Part shown: positions 42,159 to 50,868 of the stretch, piece after piece
Layout: every line of letters begins with the position of its first letter
How positions within the stretch are numbered: position 1 is the first letter of the stretch
Assembly: GCA_045545435.1 (NCBI GenBank)
Contig: JAZQAV010000099.1
Location: 1 to 50,868, forward strand
Source: Eggerthellaceae bacterium
GTDB lineage: Bacteria; Actinomycetota; Coriobacteriia; Coriobacteriales; Eggerthellaceae
Direction of reading: 5' to 3'
DNA: 50,868 nt
Notes under the pieces: model-generated
The model's input: only the letters and a program-made list of their open reading frames with translations
The model's database searches: none
Told to the model about the DNA's origin: nothing
Translations under genes and position numbers: made by a program

Positions 42159-45100
42159 ATGGCAGTCAAAAGCTTTGATTTGAACGAGCAAACGCTTTCG
42201 GTCGTTGAGGAAATTGGCGGGCACATTCCCGGTGGTTTTTTCATATATCGTGCAGAAGGAAACGAAGAGCTGATATACGCGAATAAAGCCGTGTTAGACC
42301 TGTATGGTTGCGCCGATATCGAAGAATTCAAAGAGCTCACGGGTTTCACTTTCAAGGGAATGGTTCATCCCGACGACTATCAGGACGTTTCGCTGTCGAT
42401 CGTGGATCAAATTGCTCGCAGCGATGACAACATGGATTACGCGGAGTATCGCATCATCCGCAAAGATGGCGCTGTGCGTTGGCTGGACGATTACGGCCAT
42501 TATCTTGAGACCGAGACCTACGGTGGGGTTTACACGGTCTTCGTTTCCGACATTACTGAAAAACGAGAGCGGCAAGAAGAAGACGCTGCGGTGCGTGATG
42601 CGGTAATTGCCACGCTCACCAATGCGTACAACACGGTCTGGCTCATCAACGATGTGGTAACCGAACGATGCTCGCTTTACCATACCGACGACGATCAGGC
42701 CCATGCTGTTGCCATTCGTAATGCGTTGAGTCATGCACGGTACACGGATACGAAAACCCAATATGTCAACACGATGGTTGCCCCCGAAGATCGCGCGCGC
42801 ATGCAAGAGCAAATAGGGCTTCCGTACATATTGGAGCAATTCAAAAGCAAAGACCGCTTTTCGGTCGGTTTTGTGCGGGCATTGGACTCGGGTTCGCGCA
42901 ACTACCGCATCGACTTCGGCAAAGTGCATATGCCCGGGGGCAAAACGGGTGTCATGATGGGCTTTCGTGACGTCGAAGAGGAAGTTAGGCAAGAGCGCGC
43001 GATGAAAGATGCGCTTGCGAAGGCAGAAGAAGCCGAAGAGCAGAACCGTTACCTTATGGAAGAGGTGCGTTCGGCAGCCCAGCTGGCCGAACTGATGGGA
43101 TCGGCGTCTTCGCTGCTTACCAATATGCCGGCAATGAGTTTTTCGAAAGACGCGAAAACGGGTGTCTATTTGGCCTGCAATCAAGCGTTTGCTGAGTATG
43201 CGGGTAAAAGCACCCCCGAAGAAGTGGTGGGCCTTACCGACCATGAGATTTTTGATCGAGACACGGCCGATCACTTCGTTGAAGACGACGCCAAAGCACT
43301 CGAAATGGATGAGGCGTACATATTCTTCGAAGATGTCCCTGATGCTACAGGGGCGGAAGTGCGCAATCTTCAAACCACCAAGACGAAATTCGAGGACGCG
43401 ACGGGCCGTTTGTGCTTGTTGGGAATGTGCATCGATGTTACCGAAATGACGCGAATCAAAACAGCGGAAGCGACCAGTTTGGCGAAGCAGCAGGAGATGG
43501 AGGAAAAGCTTGCCCTTCAGGAGCAGTTGCTAACGCAAGAAAAGCACCGCAAAGAGCTCGATAGCATGATTACCGCGATGGCCTCTGACTACCGCAGCGT
43601 ATATCATGTTGATCTTGATGCCGACGATGCGGTTTGCTACCGGGCTGATGCCTCAGATCCAAATCAAACTCCTGAGGGCGTGCATTTTCCCTACTATGCG
43701 CGATTCAGCGAATATTGCGATTTGTACGTTGATCCTGCCTACCAGGATGGTTTCAAGGAGTTCATCGATCCGAATAGCATTCGCGCGGCTCTGAAAACAG
43801 AATCGATCATCGCGTATCGCTATCTGGTTCGACATGGTTCAACGGAATACTACGAAATGCTGCGTATGGCAGGAGTGCGCCATCCGAGCGATCGGGCAGA
43901 CCACGCAGTTCATGCTGTGGGGTTGGGCTTTACCATCATCGATGCCGAAATGCGCGAGTCTATGGCCAAAAACCAAGCGTTGCACGATGCGCTTGTTGCT
44001 GCCGAGGATGCGAACAAAGCCAAAACAGCGTTCCTTTCGAACATGAGCCACGAAATCCGAACGCCAATGAACGCCATAATCGGATTGAATAACATCGCCT
44101 TGGCGGATGAAAGTATCTCGGCGAACACGCGCGAGCACCTTGAGAAAATCGGCGATTCAGCTCATCATCTGCTGGGCATCATAAACGACATCCTTGACAT
44201 GTCGCGCATTGAGTCGGGTCGCATGGCGATAAAAGCCGAAGACTTTTCGTTCGCCAAAATGCTCGAGCAGGTGAACACCTTGGTAAGTTCTCAATGCCGT
44301 GACAAGAATTTAAGCTACGAGTGTCGCGTCGACCCCGCCGTAGCCAATTATTATCATGGTGACGACACTAAGCTTCGCCAAACGCTGCTCAATATCTTGA
44401 GCAATGCGGTGAAGTTTACGCCAGAAGGGGGCTCTATAGCGTTAAAGGTTGAGATTGCTGCGCGTTTCGAAGGAAGAACCACTCTGCGATTCACGATCAG
44501 CGATACGGGTATCGGCATGAGCAAGGAGTTTTTACCCACCTTGTTCGATCCTTTCACGCAAGAGGATTCGTCTTCAACCAACAAATATGGCAGTACGGGT
44601 CTTGGTATGCCTATCGCGAAGAGCATCGTCGAGCTCATGAACGGCAACATTGAGGTAGAAAGCGAAAAGGGCAAAGGCACTACGTTTATCGTCTCCGTTA
44701 CTTTGGAGGATGTGCAATACTCTATCGAGACGCATGAAGAAGGTTCGCTGCATCCTCATGATATGTGCGTTCTAGTTATCGACGACGATCCCATTGCCTG
44801 TGAGCATGCTCAAGTGGTGCTCGGACAGGTTGGTGTAACCTGTGAGGTGGCCCTTTCTGGGGCTGAAGGCGTCGACATGGTTAAGCTCCGTTTTGCCCGT
44901 CAAGATCCCTATCACCTTATTCTGGTGGACTGGAAGATGCCGGACATGGATGGCGTTGAAACCACTCGTCTTATCCGTGCGGCAGTTGGTGATACGACGC
45001 CCATTATCATTCTGACCTCGTACAATTGGGAAGATGTAGCTGATGAGGCAACGGCCGCCGGTGTGGACACGTTTGTCTCGAAGCCGTTGTTCGCGGGCAC

Positions 45101-45554
45101 GGTGATGGATGAGTTCAAGGCCGCTTTCAGACGCAAAAATGCACGTCTCGAACGTGAAACCGCCGATTTGCACGGTCGCCGTGTTTTATTGGCCGAGGAC
45201 ATGAGCGTCAATGCCGAGATTATGGTGATGGTTCTTTCGATGCGCGAAATCGAAGTCGACCTCGCCGAAAACGGCCAAATTGCAGTAGAAATGTTCATGG
45301 AGCACGAAGCGGGATACTACGATGCGATTCTTATGGACGTGCGTATGCCGGTGATGGATGGCCTGGAGGCCGCTCGGCGCATCCGCGCATGCGATCGTTC
45401 GGACGCCCGCAGCGTTCCCATCATTGCCCTAACCGCCAATGCGTTTGATGAGGATGTCCAGCGCAGCATGCAAGCGGGATTGAACGCGCACTTAAGTAAA
45501 CCGGTTGAACCAGAGGTTTTGTTTGCAACATTGGAAAACCTTATTGAACCGTAA
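42159..45554 (+). CDS. soluble hybrid sensor histidine kinase: PAS-type sensory domains, HisKA, HATPase_c and two receiver domains
   Basis: No TM segment is evident. PAS-like regions read GGFFIYRAEG...YRIIRKDGAVRWL and VYLACNQAFAEYAGKSTPEEVVGLTDHEIF. The H-box is FLSNMSHEIRTPMNAIIGL, the N-box LLNILSNAVKFT and the G-boxes DTGIGM/GSTGLGM. REC1 reads VLVIDDDP...LILVDWKMPDMDG and REC2 reads VLLAEDMSVN...ILMDVRMPVMDG...LSKP. ATG 42159 has an AGGGGG RBS. Confidence 0.9.
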   Translation: MAVKSFDLNEQTLSVVEEIGGHIPGGFFIYRAEGNEELIYANKAVLDLYGCADIEEFKELTGFTFKGMVHPDDYQDVSLSIVDQIARSDDNMDYAEYRIIRKDGAVRWLDDYGHYLETETYGGVYTVFVSDITEKRERQEEDAAVRDAVIATLTNAYNTVWLINDVVTERCSLYHTDDDQAHAVAIRNALSHARYTDTKTQYVNTMVAPEDRARMQEQIGLPYILEQFKSKDRFSVGFVRALDSGSRNYRIDFGKVHMPGGKTGVMMGFRDVEEEVRQERAMKDALAKAEEAEEQNRYLMEEVRSAAQLAELMGSASSLLTNMPAMSFSKDAKTGVYLACNQAFAEYAGKSTPEEVVGLTDHEIFDRDTADHFVEDDAKALEMDEAYIFFEDVPDATGAEVRNLQTTKTKFEDATGRLCLLGMCIDVTEMTRIKTAEATSLAKQQEMEEKLALQEQLLTQEKHRKELDSMITAMASDYRSVYHVDLDADDAVCYRADASDPNQTPEGVHFPYYARFSEYCDLYVDPAYQDGFKEFIDPNSIRAALKTESIIAYRYLVRHGSTEYYEMLRMAGVRHPSDRADHAVHAVGLGFTIIDAEMRESMAKNQALHDALVAAEDANKAKTAFLSNMSHEIRTPMNAIIGLNNIALADESISANTREHLEKIGDSAHHLLGIINDILDMSRIESGRMAIKAEDFSFAKMLEQVNTLVSSQCRDKNLSYECRVDPAVANYYHGDDTKLRQTLLNILSNAVKFTPEGGSIALKVEIAARFEGRTTLRFTISDTGIGMSKEFLPTLFDPFTQEDSSSTNKYGSTGLGMPIAKSIVELMNGNIEVESEKGKGTTFIVSVTLEDVQYSIETHEEGSLHPHDMCVLVIDDDPIACEHAQVVLGQVGVTCEVALSGAEGVDMVKLRFARQDPYHLILVDWKMPDMDGVETTRLIRAAVGDTTPIIILTSYNWEDVADEATAAGVDTFVSKPLFAGTVMDEFKAAFRRKNARLERETADLHGRRVLLAEDMSVNAEIMVMVLSMREIEVDLAENGQIAVEMFMEHEAGYYDAILMDVRMPVMDGLEAARRIRACDRSDARSVPIIALTANAFDEDVQRSMQAGLNAHLSKPVEPEVLFATLENLIEP

Positions 45555-45666
45555 AAGTGTAGGTGGATACTCTGTCGCAGGCGCGCTTGAGTTCTAAGTA
45601 CAGCGCGTCTGCGGGCTTATCATTCTCGTCTGTGTCCAGCGCAAGGTTGAATCGATAGATATGGCG

Positions 45667-46899
45667 TTATTCTTCATCGAGCCAGCAAGCGTCGGCGGAA
45701 ACGTTTGCTAGGAAGAATCGCCCCAGGTTCTCACGGTTGCGCGCTTGGTGGAATCTGAACAGCAGCGGCGCACCATCGTCGTGGGCGAACGTGCCGCCGT
45801 TGTGAGCGAGGCCGCTGAGAGCGTTTGACATACTGCCGCCTTGCGCGTCTGGTGCGAGCGCGTTCGTGGATTGCGCTGCAACGTCAAGCGGTCCCAAAAT
45901 TTCAAGTTTGCCCACATCGTGAGACATGATGAAGCGGAATCCCTTGGCAATGCCGCTTAAATTGTTGCGCGTTTGCTCGATGATTTCGCATGCCGTGCGC
46001 AGCGGAACCTGGAAGCGGTTCTTCACGCCAATGGTGGGCCTGCATTGGAACACGTAGTAGGGAATTACGCCAATGCCTGTGAGGGCGTTCATGAGCTCTG
46101 CCATGATTCGCGGCGAATCGTTGACTCCCTTAAGCAGCACCGTTTGATTGCGCACGGGAACACCCGCTCGCAAAAGTTGTTGTACGGCATCACGTGATTC
46201 CGGCGTGATCTCTGCGGGATGGTTGAACTGCGTCACCACATAGAGCTGCTTTTGTTGCGAAAACTCCGAGAGCATCTGCGTTAGCTCGGCATCGGTGGTA
46301 ATACGCTGCGGAAGTACCACGGGAATTCGGGTGCCGAAGCGGATGGCCGACAGGTGCGCGATGGGAGCCAGGAGTTCAAGGTAGCGTTTGATGTTCTCGT
46401 TACTCAGCAAAAACGCATCGCCGCCGCTTATCAACACGTTGGTTATCTCGCTATGGGCCGCTATGTACGATGCGATTTCGTTCACATCGCGTACCACTTC
46501 GTCATGGGCGAGGCCAACCAGGCGACGTCGGAAACAATGGCGGCAGTACATTGCACATTGGTTGGTGGAAAGCAGGAGCACTGTTTCGGCGTACTTGTGC
46601 TGCAGTCCGGGAAGCACGGTGCTTGTGGCTTCTCCGCTGGTGTCGGCAAGACCCGCAAGATCGAGCTCTTCTGTTCCCGGAATGCACATGCGGCGTATGG
46701 GATCGTTGGGGTCATCTGGATTAATGAGCGAAAGATAGTACGGGTTGACCAGGAGGGGATACGTTTTCTGGATGGCGGATAAAATGGCGAGTTTGTTTTC
46801 GGAAAGGCCAAGGCGCTCTTGGAGTTCGGCGATGTTGGTGCAACTTTGGGAGAGAAGCTCGCGCCATGGTGCCTCTTTAGGGGAAGTGAGCAAAGTCAT
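45667..46899 (-). CDS. KamA family radical SAM aminomutase-like protein
   Basis: ATG 46899 has a perfect AGGAGG RBS; the track ORF extends to 47136. The sequence reads LVNPYYLSLINPDDPNDPIRRMCIPG...LLLSTNQCAMYCRHCFRRR (CxxxCxxC)...VLISGGDAFLL...FNHPAEIT...LLKGVND...PYYVFQC...SHDVGK. It follows lysine 2,3-aminomutase along its whole length. Confidence 0.85.
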   Translation of the reverse strand: MTLLTSPKEAPWRELLSQSCTNIAELQERLGLSENKLAILSAIQKTYPLLVNPYYLSLINPDDPNDPIRRMCIPGTEELDLAGLADTSGEATSTVLPGLQHKYAETVLLLSTNQCAMYCRHCFRRRLVGLAHDEVVRDVNEIASYIAAHSEITNVLISGGDAFLLSNENIKRYLELLAPIAHLSAIRFGTRIPVVLPQRITTDAELTQMLSEFSQQKQLYVVTQFNHPAEITPESRDAVQQLLRAGVPVRNQTVLLKGVNDSPRIMAELMNALTGIGVIPYYVFQCRPTIGVKNRFQVPLRTACEIIEQTRNNLSGIAKGFRFIMSHDVGKLEILGPLDVAAQSTNALAPDAQGGSMSNALSGLAHNGGTFAHDDGAPLLFRFHQARNRENLGRFFLANVSADACWLDEE

Positions 46900-47358
46900 A
46901 AATCCTCCTGTCGCAGATGCCCGTTGCAGGCGCCAAGGGGCGTGTCTTAGAGTGTACGCGAAGTAAATATTATAGTTATTTAATACTAACGGCATCCTAA
47001 GGTTGAGCTCGCGAACGGTTGGGGCGCATGGGATGAGCGGCACAGGTGCGCAGGGTGTTTGTCTGGCGAGCATGGCCGCGGCGCGTACGAGTGTCGCGCG
47101 CGCATTCTCTTCGCGGAAGTTGCTAAGCCGCCTCACTCGAAGTGTTTCTGCTGCCGTTTTCTCCGAATGAGATGTGTAACTATAAGCCTTGCGTTAACGA
47201 CGTCGTTGGTGTCCATTACATGGTACTCGCATACGCTTTTTTCAGCGTAAAGTCTGCATTGTCAACAACGGTAGGAAGAGCGAAAAGCAAATCGTAGTTT
47301 TCGCGCTTCCAGCAAGCAGCGTGTGTGTTTGCATATTGCGTGTGAAAGAGAGGTTGCC

Positions 47359-47688
47359 ATGTACGAACCTTCACGACTCGTTAAAACGTTTTTCATCGCG
47401 GGCTTCCAGCGCTATGACGGTGCGCTTGTTCTCGACAAGTTGAAAGCCGGCAAAAAGATCAAAATGGTTCGCGACCCAAAGAATCCCTACGATGCGAACG
47501 CTATCGAGCTGCATTACAAAGGTACCAAGCTCGGTTTTGTGCCCCAAAGCGAAAACTCCCTTATCGCACTCATGATGACATACGGGCATAAAAAGGTGTT
47601 CGAGGCGCGCATCATTCAGGTTGATCGCAAGGCCAACCCATGGCAGCAGGTACGCGTGGGCATTTACGTTACCGATGCTCGTAAATAA
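47359..47688 (+). CDS. stand-alone HIRAN domain protein
   Basis: The sequence reads FIAGFQRYDGALVLDKLKAGKKIKMVRDPKNPYDANAIELHYKGTKLGFVPQSENSLIALMM, the HIRAN pattern (vvG.qyY.g....G..v.L.REP.NpyD.nAi.v.....qiGyvp). ATG 47359 has a GAGAGG RBS. Confidence 0.75.
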   Translation: MYEPSRLVKTFFIAGFQRYDGALVLDKLKAGKKIKMVRDPKNPYDANAIELHYKGTKLGFVPQSENSLIALMMTYGHKKVFEARIIQVDRKANPWQQVRVGIYVTDARK

Positions 47689-47777
47689 CGGACGTCGTAC
47701 TTGCTTCGCGGATGACCTTCCGCCTTCACCAGCGGTTTCGGTGCGTCATGGCTAGCGTAAACGCACTGTCCCAACCA

Positions 47778-47808
47778 GAAAGGGCACCGATTATTTCGGT
47801 GCCCTTTC
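47778..47808. terminator. 13-bp perfect hairpin between convergent HIRAN and MFS genes (likely bidirectional terminator)
   Basis: GAAAGGGCACCGA (47778-47790) pairs with TCGGTGCCCTTTC (47796-47808). No long T-run is present on either side. Confidence 0.5.
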
Positions 47809-47871
47809 GCACGGTATGGTATGACAAGTGCGAATCATAAGCCAGCATCTTGCGCCAATACCGCACGGTTT

Positions 47872-49149
47872 TTAAGCGGCCTCTCCTTTGCGCTTTTGGG
47901 TGAGGGTAAACAGGCCAAGCAGCAAGAGGCAGGCCATGAAGACCAAGCTCAAGATAAACATGATTGTGTAACCATTGGGCAGGTCGGCAATGATGCCCCA
48001 AAATGCGGGTGCTATGGCCGCGGCAACTGCGCCTCCTAAGGATATTCGAGCGTAAATGGTAGTGTAATCGCGCAGGCCAAATGCATGACGCGTGAGGATT
48101 GGCGATTCAACGGCGGCACACGGATACACGCCACCGAACAGGAAGCTGCCCACCATAAGCGTAGCCAGAAGCGGTCCGCCAAGCCACAGCAGCAATACGC
48201 CCGCAACTCCCAAAACTATGGCGAACAAAAGACCGGCCTTCACGTTGTGGTCGCTGATGGCCCCCAAGGCAACCTTGCCAAGAGCTTGGCCGGCCATACA
48301 GGCGCTCGCAACGGCGCCAGCTGCCAGCGCAATTTCTTCCACGCCGAATGACTGGCAGTACGCGGGGAAGAACTGGAAGGTCGTGAGATTCATGGTTGCC
48401 AAGAAGGTGAAAAGCAGTACGGCAAAGAACGTAGGAGACTTGATTGCCTGGGCTGCTTCGATTCCCTCGGACGCTGGTTGATTCGATTTGGAATCGGATT
48501 CATCTGTGGCGCCGTACGGCTCCAGCCCCTTATCGGAAGGTTTGCTGCGCACGAATATGAAAACCACGGGAAGTGCGACAGCGAGAACAATTATCGCAAA
48601 AACCAGATAGGCCATTCGCCATCCCTCGGGCGACGAGTTGATGAGCGCGGTTCCAATGGGGTTGAAGATAACGCCGCCGATGCCCGTAAACGCAACGCAT
48701 AGTCCAATGAAAAAGCCCATGCGCGTTCTGAACCAGCTGTTGATAAGGGAGGGGATCGCCAGGTACAGAATAGGCGCAACGCCCAATCCCAATGCGACTC
48801 CTGCAGCGTAAAAAACCCAAAGTCCTTGCGCTTGCGACATAGCAAGAAAACCAAGGCCATCAAGAGCCATGCATCCGGTAAGCACGTAGCGGAAGTTAAC
48901 TTTTTTAACCAGGCGTTCTGCTATAGGCAAGGCTATGATCATCGCAACGCCCATAATGCTCATGTAGAGGGATACTTGGGCTTTAGGAACGGCAAAGTAC
49001 TCAGCTACGGGAGTGTAAAAAATTCCTGCGCAGCTCAAAGCCATTGCACAGGGGATTCCCATCATGACAATACAGGCTGCCACGATGGCGAAAGCGTAAT
49101 GAAACCCACCGGTTTGCGGATTCTTTGCTGATGACGTTTCCGAAGGCAT
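47872..49149 (-). CDS. MFS transporter (OFA/MCT-like family)
   Basis: It has ~12 TM segments. The sequence reads FHYAFAIVAACIVMMGIPCAMALSCAGIFYTPVAEYF, similar in style to the 8606 MFS gene. ATG 49149 has a GGAGGA RBS; the track start is 49176. Confidence 0.8.
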   Translation of the reverse strand: MPSETSSAKNPQTGGFHYAFAIVAACIVMMGIPCAMALSCAGIFYTPVAEYFAVPKAQVSLYMSIMGVAMIIALPIAERLVKKVNFRYVLTGCMALDGLGFLAMSQAQGLWVFYAAGVALGLGVAPILYLAIPSLINSWFRTRMGFFIGLCVAFTGIGGVIFNPIGTALINSSPEGWRMAYLVFAIIVLAVALPVVFIFVRSKPSDKGLEPYGATDESDSKSNQPASEGIEAAQAIKSPTFFAVLLFTFLATMNLTTFQFFPAYCQSFGVEEIALAAGAVASACMAGQALGKVALGAISDHNVKAGLLFAIVLGVAGVLLLWLGGPLLATLMVGSFLFGGVYPCAAVESPILTRHAFGLRDYTTIYARISLGGAVAAAIAPAFWGIIADLPNGYTIMFILSLVFMACLLLLGLFTLTQKRKGEAA

Positions 49150-49392
49150 CCGTCCTCCTCGTTTTGATGGCGCCACTTTGAGCGTACTGCATCACTCGGC
49201 GATATATGGCGCATGCGAGCTATAGGAAAAAGCAATACCATATAGCACAATATAGTAAGAGAACCCTTCTATGAAATACTGTACATATGTTATTTAAACC
49301 GGATTATGGAGACAATTACATACCGGGCAAGTCGTCCGTAACGAAGCATCATTTGCGATTATTCGGCTTTCAGGTGCGTTGCTGCTGTTTGC

Positions 49393-49836
49393 CTACTGAA
49401 CAGCGCCGCCCTCGCCTTCGTTGCTGCGCAAAATCACATGCGTTTTCTGCCACTCAGTGAACGCGTTGAGCTCGGGCTCGTTGAGCTTCATGGCCAGTGC
49501 GATCACGGCAACGTCATCGACAAGTCCTACAATGGGAATGTTGTCGGGAATAAGGTCTTGCCCTTTAACCAAATAGATGAGCGACCCCAAAACTGATGCC
49601 ACCACTTTGGGGGAAACCTCGGTGTATTCGCGGGTTACGTAGCATTTAATCATATTCGCCATCAGGGGGATGTTGGAAAGTGCGCCTCCAACAGCACCCG
49701 GAAGATTGGCAACGCGCTCTTTTACCTGGCCCAAGATATCTTCAACCTTGGCGGGATCGTTGATGATGTTTTGCGCTTCAGCGATTCCGCTTTCCAGTGC
49801 GGCTTTGGCGTTGTCGATGGTTTCGTTTGCTGCCAT
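49393..49836 (-). CDS. DUF1232 (YkvA-like) domain protein
   Basis: The signature is LIPDNIPIVGLVDDVAVIALAMK. GGGAG RBS. Confidence 0.75.
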   Translation of the reverse strand: MAANETIDNAKAALESGIAEAQNIINDPAKVEDILGQVKERVANLPGAVGGALSNIPLMANMIKCYVTREYTEVSPKVVASVLGSLIYLVKGQDLIPDNIPIVGLVDDVAVIALAMKLNEPELNAFTEWQKTHVILRSNEGEGGAVQ

Positions 49837-49964
49837 GATGCTCCCTTCGAATGAGCTCGCTCAATTGATGCGCGATTGGTGCTGCATCTATTATCGCATG
49901 TGGAATGCGGATTGTCGTGCAGTTCATTCGCGCGCACCGCACGCTGCGCGCAAAATCAAGCTCG

Positions 49965-50705
49965 TTAACGCACAAATGTAAACGTTGACGAGTTCGATCG
50001 CGTTTCGTCAAATGAATACCCGCTCCAATTGAAGCCAAGCAGGTCGCTTGGCTCTTTTGCATTTATCGTTGCAAGGTAACGCACCATTTCTCCGCGGGCC
50101 ATTTTTGCGTACACGCCCTTCTGGACAACTTTGTTATTCTCCAACTCGCCGAAAACGCAGGTGATATAGGCGTCGTTGGGCTGCAGGTATTTCTCAATCG
50201 CTTTGGAATATTCCTTCGACGCGAGGTTTATGAGTACGCGGCTTTCGTCCATGACCTCACGATACAACGCGTCGCCCCAAAAATCGTACAGGTTTGCATA
50301 CCCGTCGGCGGCCCCTTTCGCCTGCATTTCCAAGCGATAGGGCGCCACGCCGTCAAAAGGCTTTAACACGCCGTAAAAGCCTGAAAGTATGCGAAGGTGC
50401 TCCTGGACGTACGCGAGCTGGCTCTCGTCGAATACGGTGGGAGCCATGCTGGTGTACTGGATACCGTCGTAAGCCAGCAGCGCAGGAGTAAGGTTGCGCT
50501 CAAGGTCCATATGCGAAAAACGCTCGGCATTCTGCTGAGCTATTGAATCGCTGCAGGCCCACAACGCTTTTTGCTGTTGATAGGAAAGGTTGCAGATCCA
50601 ATCTTTAAGTTGGCCGGCGCGCTCAATAAAGATGGGCAGGCTATTCCAGCCAATGCCGTCGGTGGCTTCCACCATCTTTTTTGCGGGCGAGATGATTATT
50701 CTCAC
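49965..50705 (-). CDS. yaaA: peroxide stress protein YaaA (UPF0246/DUF328)
   Basis: The N-terminus MRIIISPAKKM carries the SPAK motif. The length is 246 aa. GTG start with an AAGGAG RBS. Confidence 0.8.
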   Translation of the reverse strand: MRIIISPAKKMVEATDGIGWNSLPIFIERAGQLKDWICNLSYQQQKALWACSDSIAQQNAERFSHMDLERNLTPALLAYDGIQYTSMAPTVFDESQLAYVQEHLRILSGFYGVLKPFDGVAPYRLEMQAKGAADGYANLYDFWGDALYREVMDESRVLINLASKEYSKAIEKYLQPNDAYITCVFGELENNKVVQKGVYAKMARGEMVRYLATINAKEPSDLLGFNWSGYSFDETRSNSSTFTFVR

Positions 50706-50721
50706 AAACGTCTCCTTGGAG

Positions 50722-50868
50722 CTAGGCCAAAGCCTCCAGCATGTCCGTAGGATTTTCGGCTGCCTTCACCTTGCCCAGCGCTTTAACGATAATGCCGTCC
50801 TCGTCGATAAGGTACGTGGTGCGAATGACGCCCATAGAAACTTTACCGGCGGTTTTCTTTTCTTTCCA
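50722..50868 (-). CDS. bcp: thioredoxin-dependent thiol peroxidase (Bcp-type peroxiredoxin), C-terminal 48 codons; the 5' part lies beyond the right window edge
   Basis: Hand translation of the minus strand gives WKEKKTAGKVSMGVIRTTYLIDEDGIIVKALGKVKAAENPTDMLEALA followed by a stop. This matches the usual Bcp C-terminus (R.TFlID..G.I......VK...H..evL..L). Confidence 0.7.
   Translation of the reverse strand, partial: WKEKKTAGKVSMGVIRTTYLIDEDGIIVKALGKVKAAENPTDMLEALA

Noticed and set aside
45576-45613. The hairpin CGCAGGCGCGCT...AGCGCGTCTGCG between the convergent kinase and kamA genes as a terminator
   Set aside because: It is an 11/12 stem with a 14-nt loop and no U-run on either strand. It is plausible but too weak to list as a feature.

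Overview
This is a 50.9-kb chromosomal segment from a fairly high-GC Gram-positive anaerobe. Gene content, GTG/TTG starts and strong GGAGG-type ribosome-binding sites suggest Coriobacteriia/Actinomycetota, but the taxon is a guess. I support about 46 protein genes. I found no rRNA, tRNA, CRISPR array, transposase or integrase.

Gene content from left to right:
- 1-1320: a truncated ammonium transporter and two small unknown ORFs.
- 1321-4744: a CBS/CitC-ligase-like fusion protein, followed by a GT61 glycosyltransferase whose N-terminal segment is cut off by an in-frame TAG.
- 4775-9877: an MFS exporter with a lipoprotein-signal prephenate-dehydratase/ACT protein, then a TipA-type MerR regulator with a classic 19-bp-spacer promoter, and an OFA-type MFS transporter.
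- 10079-11775: a zinc-ribbon protein and a patatin-like lipase.
- 11949-22216, all on the plus strand: a large ChW / ricin-lectin / transglutaminase surface protein, an MBOAT plus AlgJ/DHHW-like O-acetylation pair, two unknown envelope proteins and an ABC exporter.
- 22519-27754: a flavoprotein, a SufC-SufB/D pair, an alpha/beta hydrolase, HxlR plus a PNPOx-like protein, and a BI-1/YccA protein.
- 27823-32774, minus strand: a wall-glycopolymer block with an acyltransferase-3, TagH/TagG-like ABC export components and a double-GT2 enzyme.
- 32922-37465: a SulP transporter, a TelA-XpaC pair and a small membrane protein.
- 37466-39438: an AT-richer non-coding gap packed with a repeated ~20-nt motif, next to a DUF559 endonuclease-like gene.
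- 39439-41772: a four-gene putative redox module made of a degenerate aconitase-swivel-like protein, a TlpA lipoprotein, a 46-aa CXXC micro-ORF missing from the ORF track, and a membrane polyferredoxin.
- 42159-50868: a soluble hybrid histidine kinase with two receiver domains, a KamA-family radical SAM enzyme divergent from a stand-alone HIRAN protein, a second OFA-type MFS transporter, a DUF1232 protein, YaaA and a truncated Bcp peroxiredoxin.

The items most worth follow-up are the motif array at 37.57-37.91 kb, the TlpA / CXXC-peptide / polyferredoxin module, the CitC-like fusion with the amber-interrupted GT61, and the exported PDT-ACT lipoprotein paired with an MFS transporter.

All calls come from reading the translations and the DNA by eye. 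No database search was run.
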